From a virus: 64,000 nucleotides of DNA. The position numbers and the translations under genes are program-made. The DNA is taken from the IMG/VR virus record IMGVR_UViG_3300029121_000001. One strand, 5' to 3'. The notes below the pieces were generated by a model. The model ran no database searches. It saw only the letters and a list, made by a program, of their open reading frames with translations, and was not told the origin of the DNA. Position 1 is the stretch's first letter. Every line of letters begins with the position of its first letter. Positions 27,319 through 35,767 of the stretch are shown in pieces.

Positions 27319-27653
27319 CAAAATCTTCACGTAGCTCGTTGGAGTTAATCAATGGATTAATCCTCTCTTCTACGCAGTTCTCTTATGAACTTCTCTAGGT
27401 GTTGCCTAGAAGTTGTGACTATATAATAGTCTATATAAATTATTTTATATAGACCCAGGATTTTCGAATTAAACGGTCTTACGTTTACAAGACAGCCGTC
27501 CCCACTTGGGGCCTACTCCTCTTAAGAGGATAGTCGATAAGCGTCTCTTATGATTTCTCATAAGCTTTCGCAATTGATTAGAGCCGTAGCCCTTTCCCAA
27601 TTTTAACCCTTGTTATCATTCTTGACTCACATCAAGAAGGGGCAGTTTAGTTT
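27319..27653 (-). ncRNA. group I intron 2 (ORF-less, 335 nt)
   Basis: P-like AAAUUGGGAAAGGGCU with UACG-capped hairpin (27588-27603), R-like CUUAUCGACUAUCC (27528-27541), S-like UAUUAUAUAGUCAC (27415-27428). Preceded by U, ends in G; GCCC near the 5' end can pair with exon GGGU. Confidence 0.7.
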
Positions 27654-27665
27654 ACCCGTATATCG
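27654..27665 (-). CDS. family-B DNA polymerase, 12-nt micro-exon (encodes part of SIYG in motif B)
   Basis: CGAUAUACGGGU between the two introns; needed to restore NGSIYGLVG and to keep the frame (442+12+1823 nt). Confidence 0.65.
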
Positions 27666-28041
27666 CAATATTCATGTAAGTCGTTGATATTATCTCTCAC
27701 TTACACAGTTCTCTAATGAACTTCCCTAGATTATCTCTAGGATACTAGACTATATCACTACCATATCATATTTCTATGACTTAGGTACACCAGATTTCGA
27801 GACTCACTTGAGCTCTACAACTAGTCGTTGAACCTATTAGAGAATTATTTCTCTAAGCTGGATGCTGATTGTCTATTTTGGTTTAAAAATACTTAGGCTT
27901 ACTATCACCATATATCATCCTAATTATTATTTCTGCTTTCGCTCTAATATCTACACATATTAGCAATTAGGCTTTAAGACTTCCCAGCAATTTCTTGGTG
28001 TTACCATTTGACCGTTTCCAGCCTAATGGGGCTATATAGTT
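27666..28041 (-). ncRNA. group I intron 1 (ORF-less, 376 nt)
   Basis: P-like AAAUUGCUGGGAAG (27980-27993), R-like GGUUCAACGACUAGUUG (27818-27834), S-like GAUAUAGUCUAG (27745-27756). Preceded by U, ends in G; 5' end and roughly 80-nt 3' tail homologous to intron 2. Confidence 0.7.
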
Positions 28042-28483
28042 AACCATTTACATCTATCTTGTCCAAAGCTTGTAATAGATTATATTTCTCAAATTGTTCT
28101 GATCCTTTAGGATATTTAAACATTTCCTTTTTATGAATTTTTCGAAGGTCTAGGAAGTTTTGAATGACTCTCGCCATAGGATTAGGAACTACATCATGTC
28201 TTCTAAACATAGTTCCATAACTTGTCAGAATTGGTTCTCTTCGTGCAATATAATCAATCAACTCTAGCATTGTTAGTTGAGGATCAGAGTTTGTATAATT
28301 ATTTTTTACAGTCAGAGTAAAATTCTGAAATCGCTTAGCTATCGAATATTCTACACCAGCATAAATGTCTCTAATATCCATTTCTGGATGAATAGAGTGA
28401 ATTATTCTAGACATAGTATCTCGATAATGCATAAGCATCTCGTGATCTTTCGGATTTACTGTTCCATTAATGTCTCTTATCAT
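28042..28483 (-). CDS. family-B DNA polymerase, exon 1 (motif A region to first half of motif B)
   Basis: ATG at 28483 with AAAGGAGAA RBS (track start 28504 is a TTG). DIRDIYAGV (motif A-like), VVPNPMARVIQNFLDLRKIHKKEM, QALDKIDVNG (start of Kx3NSxYG). Confidence 0.75.
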
Positions 28484-28571
28484 TCCATATAGTTCTCCTT
28501 TCAAAATGTTATATTACTAAAATATTGACCCAGAGGTAACTTTATACCTCTGGGCCGATATTCAAGTCAAG

Positions 28572-29054
28572 TTAACAATTGGGACACTCATTGCAACATC
28601 CAGGACAGGTATTATCAAATTCAGTAGGTATAAAAGGATTCTTTGTATAGATTCCAAACATTTCACCGAATTCGATTACCTTGTTCTTTAGACCAGCATA
28701 AGGGATCTGATCTACTTCTACAGGATTGTAAGTAATAATCAGATTAGGTGCACCTTGCTGATCAGGATCGAATTTAAACTGACCAGAGAAAGATCTGCAG
28801 AGTTTATAAGAATTCTCTACAATATTCTTGTTCAGTTCTTCATCGAATTTTTCTTTATAGAAGTCTCTCAGATTGATATAATGAAGATATGGCATAAAAA
28901 TCTGAAACTTTTCAAGTATGGACATTTGATCCCATCCAGATAGAAGCCAATCCCATCTATCAAGAGCATCATTCTTATAAGTATCGTCAGTTACAACGGT
29001 AGTGTTAGAAGATGAGCATGAGCAATCATCTTCGCGTTCGATGTAATTAGCCAT
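28572..29054 (-). CDS. hypothetical protein with C-terminal CPGCCNECPNC cluster
   Basis: ATG at 29054 (ATGGCTAA overlap with upstream stop); Cys-rich at both termini. Confidence 0.55.
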   Translation of the reverse strand: MANYIEREDDCSCSSSNTTVVTDDTYKNDALDRWDWLLSGWDQMSILEKFQIFMPYLHYINLRDFYKEKFDEELNKNIVENSYKLCRSFSGQFKFDPDQQGAPNLIITYNPVEVDQIPYAGLKNKVIEFGEMFGIYTKNPFIPTEFDNTCPGCCNECPNC

Positions 29055-29508
29055 TCTTCTTTTCTTCCATAACAGTCTTGTAGCCCTCACCGTTGGTGTC
29101 AACCCATTTTAGCAGAGCAGGATAGTTCTTCATCATATTCTCAATACGCTCATGAAGTTCCTTCTTAAAAGTAGTCTTCATACGCTCATGGAAATACAGA
29201 ACACGAATGTTCATACGATCATCGGAGATATACTTATTCATACGGCCATTGGCAATATCAATGATGATATCATTGAGACGAGAAACAGAACGAGTCTCGT
29301 CTGCGCTATATCCCTTTTCACCGTTCAGATAAGCAAGCAGATCACGCATAGCGATCTTGTGAACACTTGCATCAGAGATCTTCTTCTCAAGGAAATCACA
29401 AGTTGCTTCAATGATCTCAACACTCTTAGTCTGGAAAGCTAGCTTCTCAGCCTTAATCTTTGCATATTCTTCATTGGACATACGAGGCTTACCGTTGTAA
29501 TTGTTCAT
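29047..29508 (-). CDS. hypothetical protein
   Basis: 153-aa ORF; AGAAAGGAT RBS; first gene after the divergent promoter region. Confidence 0.6.
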   Translation of the reverse strand: MNNYNGKPRMSNEEYAKIKAEKLAFQTKSVEIIEATCDFLEKKISDASVHKIAMRDLLAYLNGEKGYSADETRSVSRLNDIIIDIANGRMNKYISDDRMNIRVLYFHERMKTTFKKELHERIENMMKNYPALLKWVDTNGEGYKTVMEEKKNG

Positions 29509-29644
29509 AACTTTATTATCCTTTCTAAATTAAAAAGAGAGCTTTCTACTCTCATTGATTAATATAAAGTATACAAAATTATCAATTATAAATGTAACTT
29601 TACATTTTTTATAATTGAACTATTTTATAATACCTCATAATAGA

Positions 29645-29696
29645 GATTATAAAATGAGGATGGAGAGCTCGATCTATCATTTTTATAATATCTATC
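29645..29696. promoter_or_regulatory. bidirectional pair of TTATAA boxes flanking one shared stem-loop
   Basis: Plus strand GATTATAAAATGAGGATGGAGAGCTCGATCTATCATTTTTATAATATCTA; read on either strand it gives ATTATAAAA(A)TGA + hairpin. Sits between divergent genes 29047-29508 and 29737-30186. Confidence 0.55.
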
Positions 29697-29736
29697 TATT
29701 ATGAAAATTCTACATGTAGAAAGGACTTATATTATT

Positions 29737-30186
29737 ATGGGCATTTATTCTGAAAACGGATATAACGATGAATTTGGAATCGATATGGATGCTCTGGTTG
29801 AAGCATTCTTGGTTGATGATCTGACTCATCATTATAGTAATAATGTTATCCAGGAGTTCTGCGCTCCTAATGGTGTTGGCGAATCTCTGCTTGAAGCTAA
29901 GGTTCTGTCTAATAAGCGTACTATGGTTCGTCTGTCTAAGGCAACTGACCTGCAGCGTCGTAAGACTATTGCTGCTATCATGATGGCTAAGGCTAAGAAC
30001 GATCCTCTGTATAAGAAGCTTGTTAAGTATCAGCTGCTTCGTAAGCAGACTCGTGCAAAGATTATGGAGAAGTATGGTAATAAGGCTGCTCGTGCTGCTA
30101 CGATTGCTCAGAAGCAGTATCTGAAGACCATGAGAAATGTTAACCTGACTAACACCAGCTTTATTACTGCTGATCCTAATCGTTAA
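29737..30186 (+). CDS. hypothetical, probably very highly expressed basic helical protein
   Basis: ATG at 29737 (MGIYSENGY) with AGAAAGGAC RBS. Codon usage switches to CTG/CGT/GCT/AAG, unlike neighbouring genes; strong terminator at 30231. Confidence 0.65.
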   Translation: MGIYSENGYNDEFGIDMDALVEAFLVDDLTHHYSNNVIQEFCAPNGVGESLLEAKVLSNKRTMVRLSKATDLQRRKTIAAIMMAKAKNDPLYKKLVKYQLLRKQTRAKIMEKYGNKAARAATIAQKQYLKTMRNVNLTNTSFITADPNR

Positions 30187-30230
30187 TTAAGTCATTATCT
30201 CATAGTCGAGATTCCTTTTCTTTCTATATA

Positions 30231-30263
30231 CCCGGTAGGGCAATAGCTCTACCGGGTATTTTT
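30231..30263 (+). terminator. rho-independent terminator
   Basis: cccggtagggcaatagctctaccggg + tattttt after 29737-30186. Confidence 0.8.
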
Positions 30264-30300
30264 AACTTCATAATAAAAATATTCAAGGAGGTTAAGTATC

Positions 30301-30609
30301 ATGCATGTACCTAATCCGCTAGGATCATATCCTCTAGTTCTAAGAAGCAAAGATGCAGCAAATCCTAGAAATAATGAGCTAATGTATGATTACGTTAGCA
30401 ATGATTTATATTTTGTGAATAATGGCAAAAAAGATAAACTTGCTAAAGATATATATGATAAAATGATTAGATCTAAAATTGAAAATGCAAATATTATTGT
30501 ATGCAAAAGCGATAAAGAAGGAACTGAATCTACTGCTCCAGATATTAAAAATCGTGAAATGAATTATTGGTATATAAATATACAAAGCAGATCAAATGCT
30601 GTAGGATAA
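30301..30609 (+). CDS. hypothetical protein
   Basis: 102-aa ORF with CAAGGAGGT RBS. Confidence 0.6.
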   Translation: MHVPNPLGSYPLVLRSKDAANPRNNELMYDYVSNDLYFVNNGKKDKLAKDIYDKMIRSKIENANIIVCKSDKEGTESTAPDIKNREMNYWYINIQSRSNAVG

Positions 30610-30610
30610 A

Positions 30611-30650
30611 TAAAAATGGAGAAGGATTTAGAAATCCTTCTCCTATAATT
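30611..30650. terminator. bidirectional terminator between convergent genes
   Basis: ggagaaggatttagaaatccttctcc flanked by A- and T-runs. Confidence 0.7.
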
Positions 30651-31280
30651 TTAACTAATTGTAATACTAAATACTCCATTAGATTGAGAATGCCTTGCTT
30701 TTAGTATTCTGGTAGAAGTAGCAAGATCCACTTTACCAAATCTAGATTTATAGACAATATTATTGTCCCTTGTTCTAATAACACAACAAGGGCTTTTATC
30801 ACATACCTTAATAGCTTCTTCTTTATTAGGAGTTTTTATAATGATTTCACCATTACGAGTATTTTGCACACTATACATTTCTACAGGTTTAATATTTCTT
30901 TTATTGAATTCATCAACTTTGTGAAGATATGTAGTAAGAATAGCTGTAATATCTGCTAATAGAAAATCACAAGTATCAGAAATAATAATATTTCTATCTG
31001 CATTTTCAGAATACCAAATACTATCTTTTACAGCTACAATTTCTTTTCTCTTTGTGAAATTAAGAATTCCTTGAATAAAATCTTTATCCTGTTGAGTAGG
31101 AACAGCAATGTCACAATCAGCCAGATGAGTATAAACCACATATAATTGGCAATTGTTAATTCTTGCTTTAACTTCTGACATAGTATTTCCAAAGATTACA
31201 TCAACAGGATATGTATTAATCTTCTTTGGAATATCAAAATTTGTATGATTGTTATAAAAGAATATCTTGATATGCTTCAT
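30651..31280 (-). CDS. hypothetical protein
   Basis: 209-aa ORF, AGAAAGGAT RBS. Confidence 0.6.
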   Translation of the reverse strand: MKHIKIFFYNNHTNFDIPKKINTYPVDVIFGNTMSEVKARINNCQLYVVYTHLADCDIAVPTQQDKDFIQGILNFTKRKEIVAVKDSIWYSENADRNIIISDTCDFLLADITAILTTYLHKVDEFNKRNIKPVEMYSVQNTRNGEIIIKTPNKEEAIKVCDKSPCCVIRTRDNNIVYKSRFGKVDLATSTRILKARHSQSNGVFSITIS

Positions 31281-31294
31281 CTTAATATCCTTTC

Positions 31295-32323
31295 TTATTG
31301 ATTGATATTAATATATCCAAGAATATAACTAGGATTCTTCTTAATCATATGCTGTGTAGCAGTAATCTTTGCACGACCATTTACAATAGTCTCATCATAA
31401 AAATAGAATCTACCAGAAATCTGCTTAAAATACATTTTATCAGAAGCATTTCTATATACAGGAGTATTATGAAGATCAATAACTCTACCCTGGAAAGGAT
31501 GGATAACATCTTTAACACCAGGAATATTTGTAGGCATTGTAACAGGTTTTACTTCTTCTTTCTTAATCCAAGGATCTTCAAATAGTTCTCCATCGTCATC
31601 GATATAAATCTTATATCCTTCATGTTCTAGAGCCTTTGATTTAGCAGCTTCATAGTTAGGACTTGCAAAGATCTGAGTATCAGGCTTGTCCCAATCAAGA
31701 CGAACACGATACATATGAGAAACATATTCTTCAGCAGAAATAGATTGTACAGCTGATTGAGGAGCTCTATTGCTACGTTTCTTTCTAGACATATTTTCTT
31801 TAACCTCATTATCCCAATCATATAGCTTCGCATTCTCAATAATACTTACACATGTATTAAAGAAATAAGAAGTTGTTGTATACATAAATTCTTTTACGAA
31901 TCCAAGTCTACTAAGTTTATTAATAGTATTTTTATAATCCATATCTCCTACAATTGAATTATATTTAAGAGGACCATTCTCAGATCTTCTAGATGTATTA
32001 ATAAACTCAATAAATTGGCTAATAGATTCTCCAGTATTAGAAAATACTTTAAGTAGTGTAGTAGAATGCTCTTTACAATCTTTTACATTATCATAGATAC
32101 AATTAGAATCAAAAGAATAACATCTTCCAACCCAATTATCATCTACTTTAAGCATAAATAAATTATTAGTAACTTTATAGACATTAGAGTTACCATAATT
32201 AGAAATGAGAGCTGCAATTCCTCCAATTATAGAAGGAAGAATATTATTCTGAGTAGATATTTTAATGCAATCATCTTTAATTCCATTAAAGAATTCTTGC
32301 TGTTCAATTGTAATATTTCCCAT
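31295..32323 (-). CDS. peptidoglycan-binding/hydrolase-like protein (glucosaminidase-like N-terminus, SPOR/SH3-like C-terminus)
   Basis: ILPSIIGGIAALISNYGNSNVYKVTNNLFMLKV resembles the glucosaminidase motif I.PS..IAQA.LESGWG.S...NNLFGIK, but LES is replaced by ISN. C-terminal YRVRLDW...GYKIYIDDDG is SPOR-like. Confidence 0.4.
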   Translation of the reverse strand: MGNITIEQQEFFNGIKDDCIKISTQNNILPSIIGGIAALISNYGNSNVYKVTNNLFMLKVDDNWVGRCYSFDSNCIYDNVKDCKEHSTTLLKVFSNTGESISQFIEFINTSRRSENGPLKYNSIVGDMDYKNTINKLSRLGFVKEFMYTTTSYFFNTCVSIIENAKLYDWDNEVKENMSRKKRSNRAPQSAVQSISAEEYVSHMYRVRLDWDKPDTQIFASPNYEAAKSKALEHEGYKIYIDDDGELFEDPWIKKEEVKPVTMPTNIPGVKDVIHPFQGRVIDLHNTPVYRNASDKMYFKQISGRFYFYDETIVNGRAKITATQHMIKKNPSYILGYININQ

Positions 32324-32389
32324 AACGGTGCCTCCTTATAATTTTATAATGATGTTTTGCCGTATTTTATTTTCATCAATCGTCAAAAA

Positions 32390-32449
32390 GATATTATAAC
32401 AATGAGAGAATAAAAGATTATTTTATTTTCTCGGAATTATAATATAAGG
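32390..32449. promoter_or_regulatory. bidirectional pair of TATTATAA boxes flanking one shared stem-loop
   Basis: Plus strand GATATTATAACAATGAGAGAATAAAAGATTATTTTATTTTCTCGGAATTATAATATAAGG, between divergent genes 31295-32323 and 32464-32688. Confidence 0.55.
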
Positions 32450-32463
32450 ACTGGTAAAACAAA

Positions 32464-32688
32464 ATGTTCAACTTCAGAAAAAAGACTGCAAATTTTAAAC
32501 ATCGTACTTGTGGTGAAGATACTACAACATATGGAAGAGCATTTACAGAAGTAGAAGAAAGTACAGCTCAAAATAATAGACCATTGCATGATTATATTCA
32601 AGATATGAGAGATGAATATGAGATTTCACATCAGCAATCTGTAGAAACATCAGGATTTATATCTTATAATAATAAATATAGATATTAA
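32464..32688 (+). CDS. hypothetical small protein
   Basis: 74-aa ORF downstream of plus-strand promoter box 32390-32400. Confidence 0.5.
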   Translation: MFNFRKKTANFKHRTCGEDTTTYGRAFTEVEESTAQNNRPLHDYIQDMRDEYEISHQQSVETSGFISYNNKYRY

Positions 32689-32748
32689 AATAAAATATAA
32701 GAATAAAAAAGATGAGTAAGGCATAAAGCCTTACCCACCTTTTATTTT

Positions 32749-33303
32749 TTATCGTCTACCGTTTCCGTGGCGCTTCTTATTGTTGTTATGATAATTCTGA
32801 TTGTAATTATTCTGCTGAACAGGCTTCACTTCAGGAGGAGTAGTATCTGTAACTTCTTCCTGTTCATCTTCAATTACATCAGATTCTTGAACATCTTCTT
32901 CAGATGTATCTTCATTTTCAATTACTTCTTCTTCCATAGGAGACTCTTCAACAGTCTCAACAGTAGGTTCAGGATCTGCAACTTTACGAACATCATACTC
33001 TACAATGTTAGATTCAACTACAGGAATAGGCTTAATAGGTTCTTTAACAGGATCTGTATACGCTTCATCCAATGCCTTATAATTACCACTACTAATAGCA
33101 ATCCATTCATTGGTAAGATTATTCAGAACTTCAATATCTGTCCAATCAAAGATTCTTTTAGTAATAGGATAAGGAGTATCTTCTAGAGTAATGACATCAG
33201 TACCTTTAAGATATTCTTCTCTAGAAATTAGACCTTTATTAAAAATTAGATCTGCCTTGGTAGAAGGAAACTTAATGGTACGACAATTATTAATATAATT
33301 CAT
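32749..33303 (-). CDS. hypothetical protein with acidic Glu/Asp/Val-rich C-terminal half
   Basis: 184-aa ORF, AAAAGGAGAA RBS. Confidence 0.6.
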   Translation of the reverse strand: MNYINNCRTIKFPSTKADLIFNKGLISREEYLKGTDVITLEDTPYPITKRIFDWTDIEVLNNLTNEWIAISSGNYKALDEAYTDPVKEPIKPIPVVESNIVEYDVRKVADPEPTVETVEESPMEEEVIENEDTSEEDVQESDVIEDEQEEVTDTTPPEVKPVQQNNYNQNYHNNNKKRHGNGRR

Positions 33304-33395
33304 TAAAAGTTCTCCTTTTATTTTTTTTTTGATTATTACAAGGTTCTTTTAATTAAAAGCCATAGAGAATTGACTTCTCTATGGCAATTATTTAA

Positions 33396-35057
33396 TTACT
33401 CTTTGACAACTTCAAAAGTTCCAGTGAAGTTCTTTTCAGCCTTATATCCCTTAGCAAGATACTTTTCATCAGGCTCTTCTGCACAACGAGCATCATAAAT
33501 GAAATTCTTGCAATCATTCTCAGGATCAAGAGTTAGAACCTTACCATTTAGAGTAGTGCCATTCTTAATAATAATGGTAGTCTGATTGGTAGCTTCAGGA
33601 TTCTTCTGAGGATTGCCTTCCATAAATGCTGCAGAACCGGTCAGAATGCAATTATTAATAATTGCATTGACATTCTTCTTAGTGGTATGCTGAGCAACAG
33701 CAAATGCAATATTCGTTGCAGTAGTACCATTACCATTAGGAGTCATAATAGGCTCACCTGCATTGGTAGAAATAACCTTACTGTTACAAATATCAACGGT
33801 ACCAGCACGAAGTTCAATACCACTATCTGTACCTTCGATAATAGAATTACTAATGGTAGCTCCAATATTACCAGCTAGATACATACCAGTGCCAACAGTT
33901 CCTTCAGTACTACCAACGAAGACCATAGATGCCTGAAGAACATTACCATTGCAGTAAACACCAGCACCATTATCGGATCCATCGTTATTACCAACGACAT
34001 GACCACAGCATCTAGCATTCAGATTGACAGATTTACCATCAAACATCAATCCAGCCCAGCCCCATAGAGTAATACCACTGCCAATATGAACATTAGCAGA
34101 AACATTTTCATCGGTATTCTTCAGAATAACAGGAGCAAAGTAAGGTTTAGCTTCCTTAACAGTACCTTCACCAGTAATGGTTAGGCTACCATTAGTAACC
34201 ATGAAATATCCATTGATAGTAACAGTAATTCCATGGACCAGCTTCAGAACAACATTCTTACCACTATTAATGGTAATAGTCTTAGGAACTGTAATGGACT
34301 TGTAAATATCAATAACATCACCAGAGGAAGCTGCTGCAATAGCCATGCTCAGTTCCTCATACTGGATACCATTTAGCATACAATTAGGCAGATCATCTGT
34401 ATCAATCAGTACTTTACAGATCAGAGAATTATCAAAGATTGTTAGATTATCTCCAGATTCACCATCGACAGTTAGAGTGCTATCGATGCCGAAGAATGTA
34501 GAATTCAGAGAAGCATCATCGGTACCAAAGTAAATATAGTTAGTACCATCAACTAGTTCCTCAGTCTCACAAAGAATATGAGCCTTAGAATATCCTTCTG
34601 CTTCTGCTTCAGCCTTATCATACTCGAACATCATCCAGAAACCATTCTTATCGATCTTCTCATCGCCAATCTTCTTAAAATCTGTGACCTTAAATAGCTG
34701 GCCAGTAAGAATACCATTATAAATAGCACAATCCTGAATCTTCTTTGCTGTTTCAGAAGTACTAGCAGTAATAAAGTTTTCCATCTTCTTGACACCGAAC
34801 TTTTCATCAGCATCAACTGTAGGAGCTTCTCCAGCAACAGCCAGAGCAAACTGCTCCTTGTAGTTATCCTTATTGACAGGATAATACTTACCAGCAGTAT
34901 CAATAAGTGCTACATGTGCAGTATCCAAGATGGAAAGAATATGCCGATCAGAATACTCGTCAATAACATCGAGGAAGTTTCCTTCATTAAATAGTACCTT
35001 ATCAGTAGCACGACGAGTAGGATACTTAGGCTTAATCGCAATACGAATATTAGACAT
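33396..35057 (-). CDS. tail spike / depolymerase-like protein with right-handed beta-helix repeats
   Basis: Repeated Gly/Asn/Thr-rich rungs (GAGVYCNGNVLQASMVFVGS, GTGMYLAGNIGATISNSIIEGTDSGIELRAGTVDICNSKVIS) typical of pectate-lyase-fold spikes. Confidence 0.6.
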   Translation of the reverse strand: MSNIRIAIKPKYPTRRATDKVLFNEGNFLDVIDEYSDRHILSILDTAHVALIDTAGKYYPVNKDNYKEQFALAVAGEAPTVDADEKFGVKKMENFITASTSETAKKIQDCAIYNGILTGQLFKVTDFKKIGDEKIDKNGFWMMFEYDKAEAEAEGYSKAHILCETEELVDGTNYIYFGTDDASLNSTFFGIDSTLTVDGESGDNLTIFDNSLICKVLIDTDDLPNCMLNGIQYEELSMAIAAASSGDVIDIYKSITVPKTITINSGKNVVLKLVHGITVTINGYFMVTNGSLTITGEGTVKEAKPYFAPVILKNTDENVSANVHIGSGITLWGWAGLMFDGKSVNLNARCCGHVVGNNDGSDNGAGVYCNGNVLQASMVFVGSTEGTVGTGMYLAGNIGATISNSIIEGTDSGIELRAGTVDICNSKVISTNAGEPIMTPNGNGTTATNIAFAVAQHTTKKNVNAIINNCILTGSAAFMEGNPQKNPEATNQTTIIIKNGTTLNGKVLTLDPENDCKNFIYDARCAEEPDEKYLAKGYKAEKNFTGTFEVVKE

Positions 35058-35078
35058 GATAGAATATCCTCCTTAAGT

Positions 35079-35450
35079 TTAAATTTCAGAAATGTCATCA
35101 TCGTCATCAAGATCATCTGCTGCTACATCAATACCATCATCTACATTCATAGCAATATCAATCAGCTCATCGTCCTCAAAAGGATCCATTGCAATATCTC
35201 TTTCAGCAGCAATGATTTCATCAGCATCTGCACCTTCAATATTGAGATCTGTCATATCTTCAGAATAATCTTGATTAGTATCGACAGGAATATCCTCATC
35301 GTCATCTACAAGATCATCATCGGAGATACCTTCAGACTCAATATCATCGAGTGCATCCTCAACAGAATCATCATCGAGAATTGCACAATCTTCAGGGTCT
35401 TCAATAGAATTCACACAATCAAAGACCTCAGGATCAATAATCTTTTGCAT
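35079..35450 (-). CDS. extremely acidic protein
   Basis: 123 aa, roughly 40% Asp/Glu by eye (DDDSVEDALDDIESEGISDDDLVDDDEDIPVD). Confidence 0.6.
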   Translation of the reverse strand: MQKIIDPEVFDCVNSIEDPEDCAILDDDSVEDALDDIESEGISDDDLVDDDEDIPVDTNQDYSEDMTDLNIEGADADEIIAAERDIAMDPFEDDELIDIAMNVDDGIDVAADDLDDDDDISEI

Positions 35451-35461
35451 ATTTTATCTCC

Positions 35462-35746
35462 TTATAGGTCATCAATGTCATCGTCATCTAGCAAATCTGC
35501 AACTTCAGAATCAGGAGCATTAAGCATTGCTACCATAATTTCCTGCTCTTCATCAGCTGTAAGCCCATCATCATTAACAGGCTTTGCATTTTCAAATAGA
35601 TGAACCTTACCATCATCAACAGGATTTCTATCTTCCATTACTCCAATAATGATATCTTCAGTTTCATCAGCAATTCCACCGAGACTAGCTTCTAGAGTAA
35701 CTTGATCTTCAATATCTTCTGCAAAAAGAGAAGTCAATCGTTCCAT
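35462..35746 (-). CDS. acidic protein
   Basis: ATG at 35746 (MERLTSLF) with AAAGGAGG RBS; Asp/Glu-rich. Confidence 0.6.
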   Translation of the reverse strand: MERLTSLFAEDIEDQVTLEASLGGIADETEDIIIGVMEDRNPVDDGKVHLFENAKPVNDDGLTADEEQEIMVAMLNAPDSEVADLLDDDDIDDL

Positions 35747-35767
35747 TGATCTATACCTCCTTTTCAT

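Noticed and set aside
27319-28041. Alternative explanations for the PolB interruption: intein, group II intron, or IS/IStron insertion
   Set aside because: An intein would keep the frame open, but there are stops in all frames. There is no GUGYG...AY boundary or domain-V-like GAGC..GUAU hairpin for a group II intron. No transposase ORF or terminal hairpins are clearly separate from the ribozyme cores. A degenerate non-autonomous IStron cannot be fully excluded without folding.
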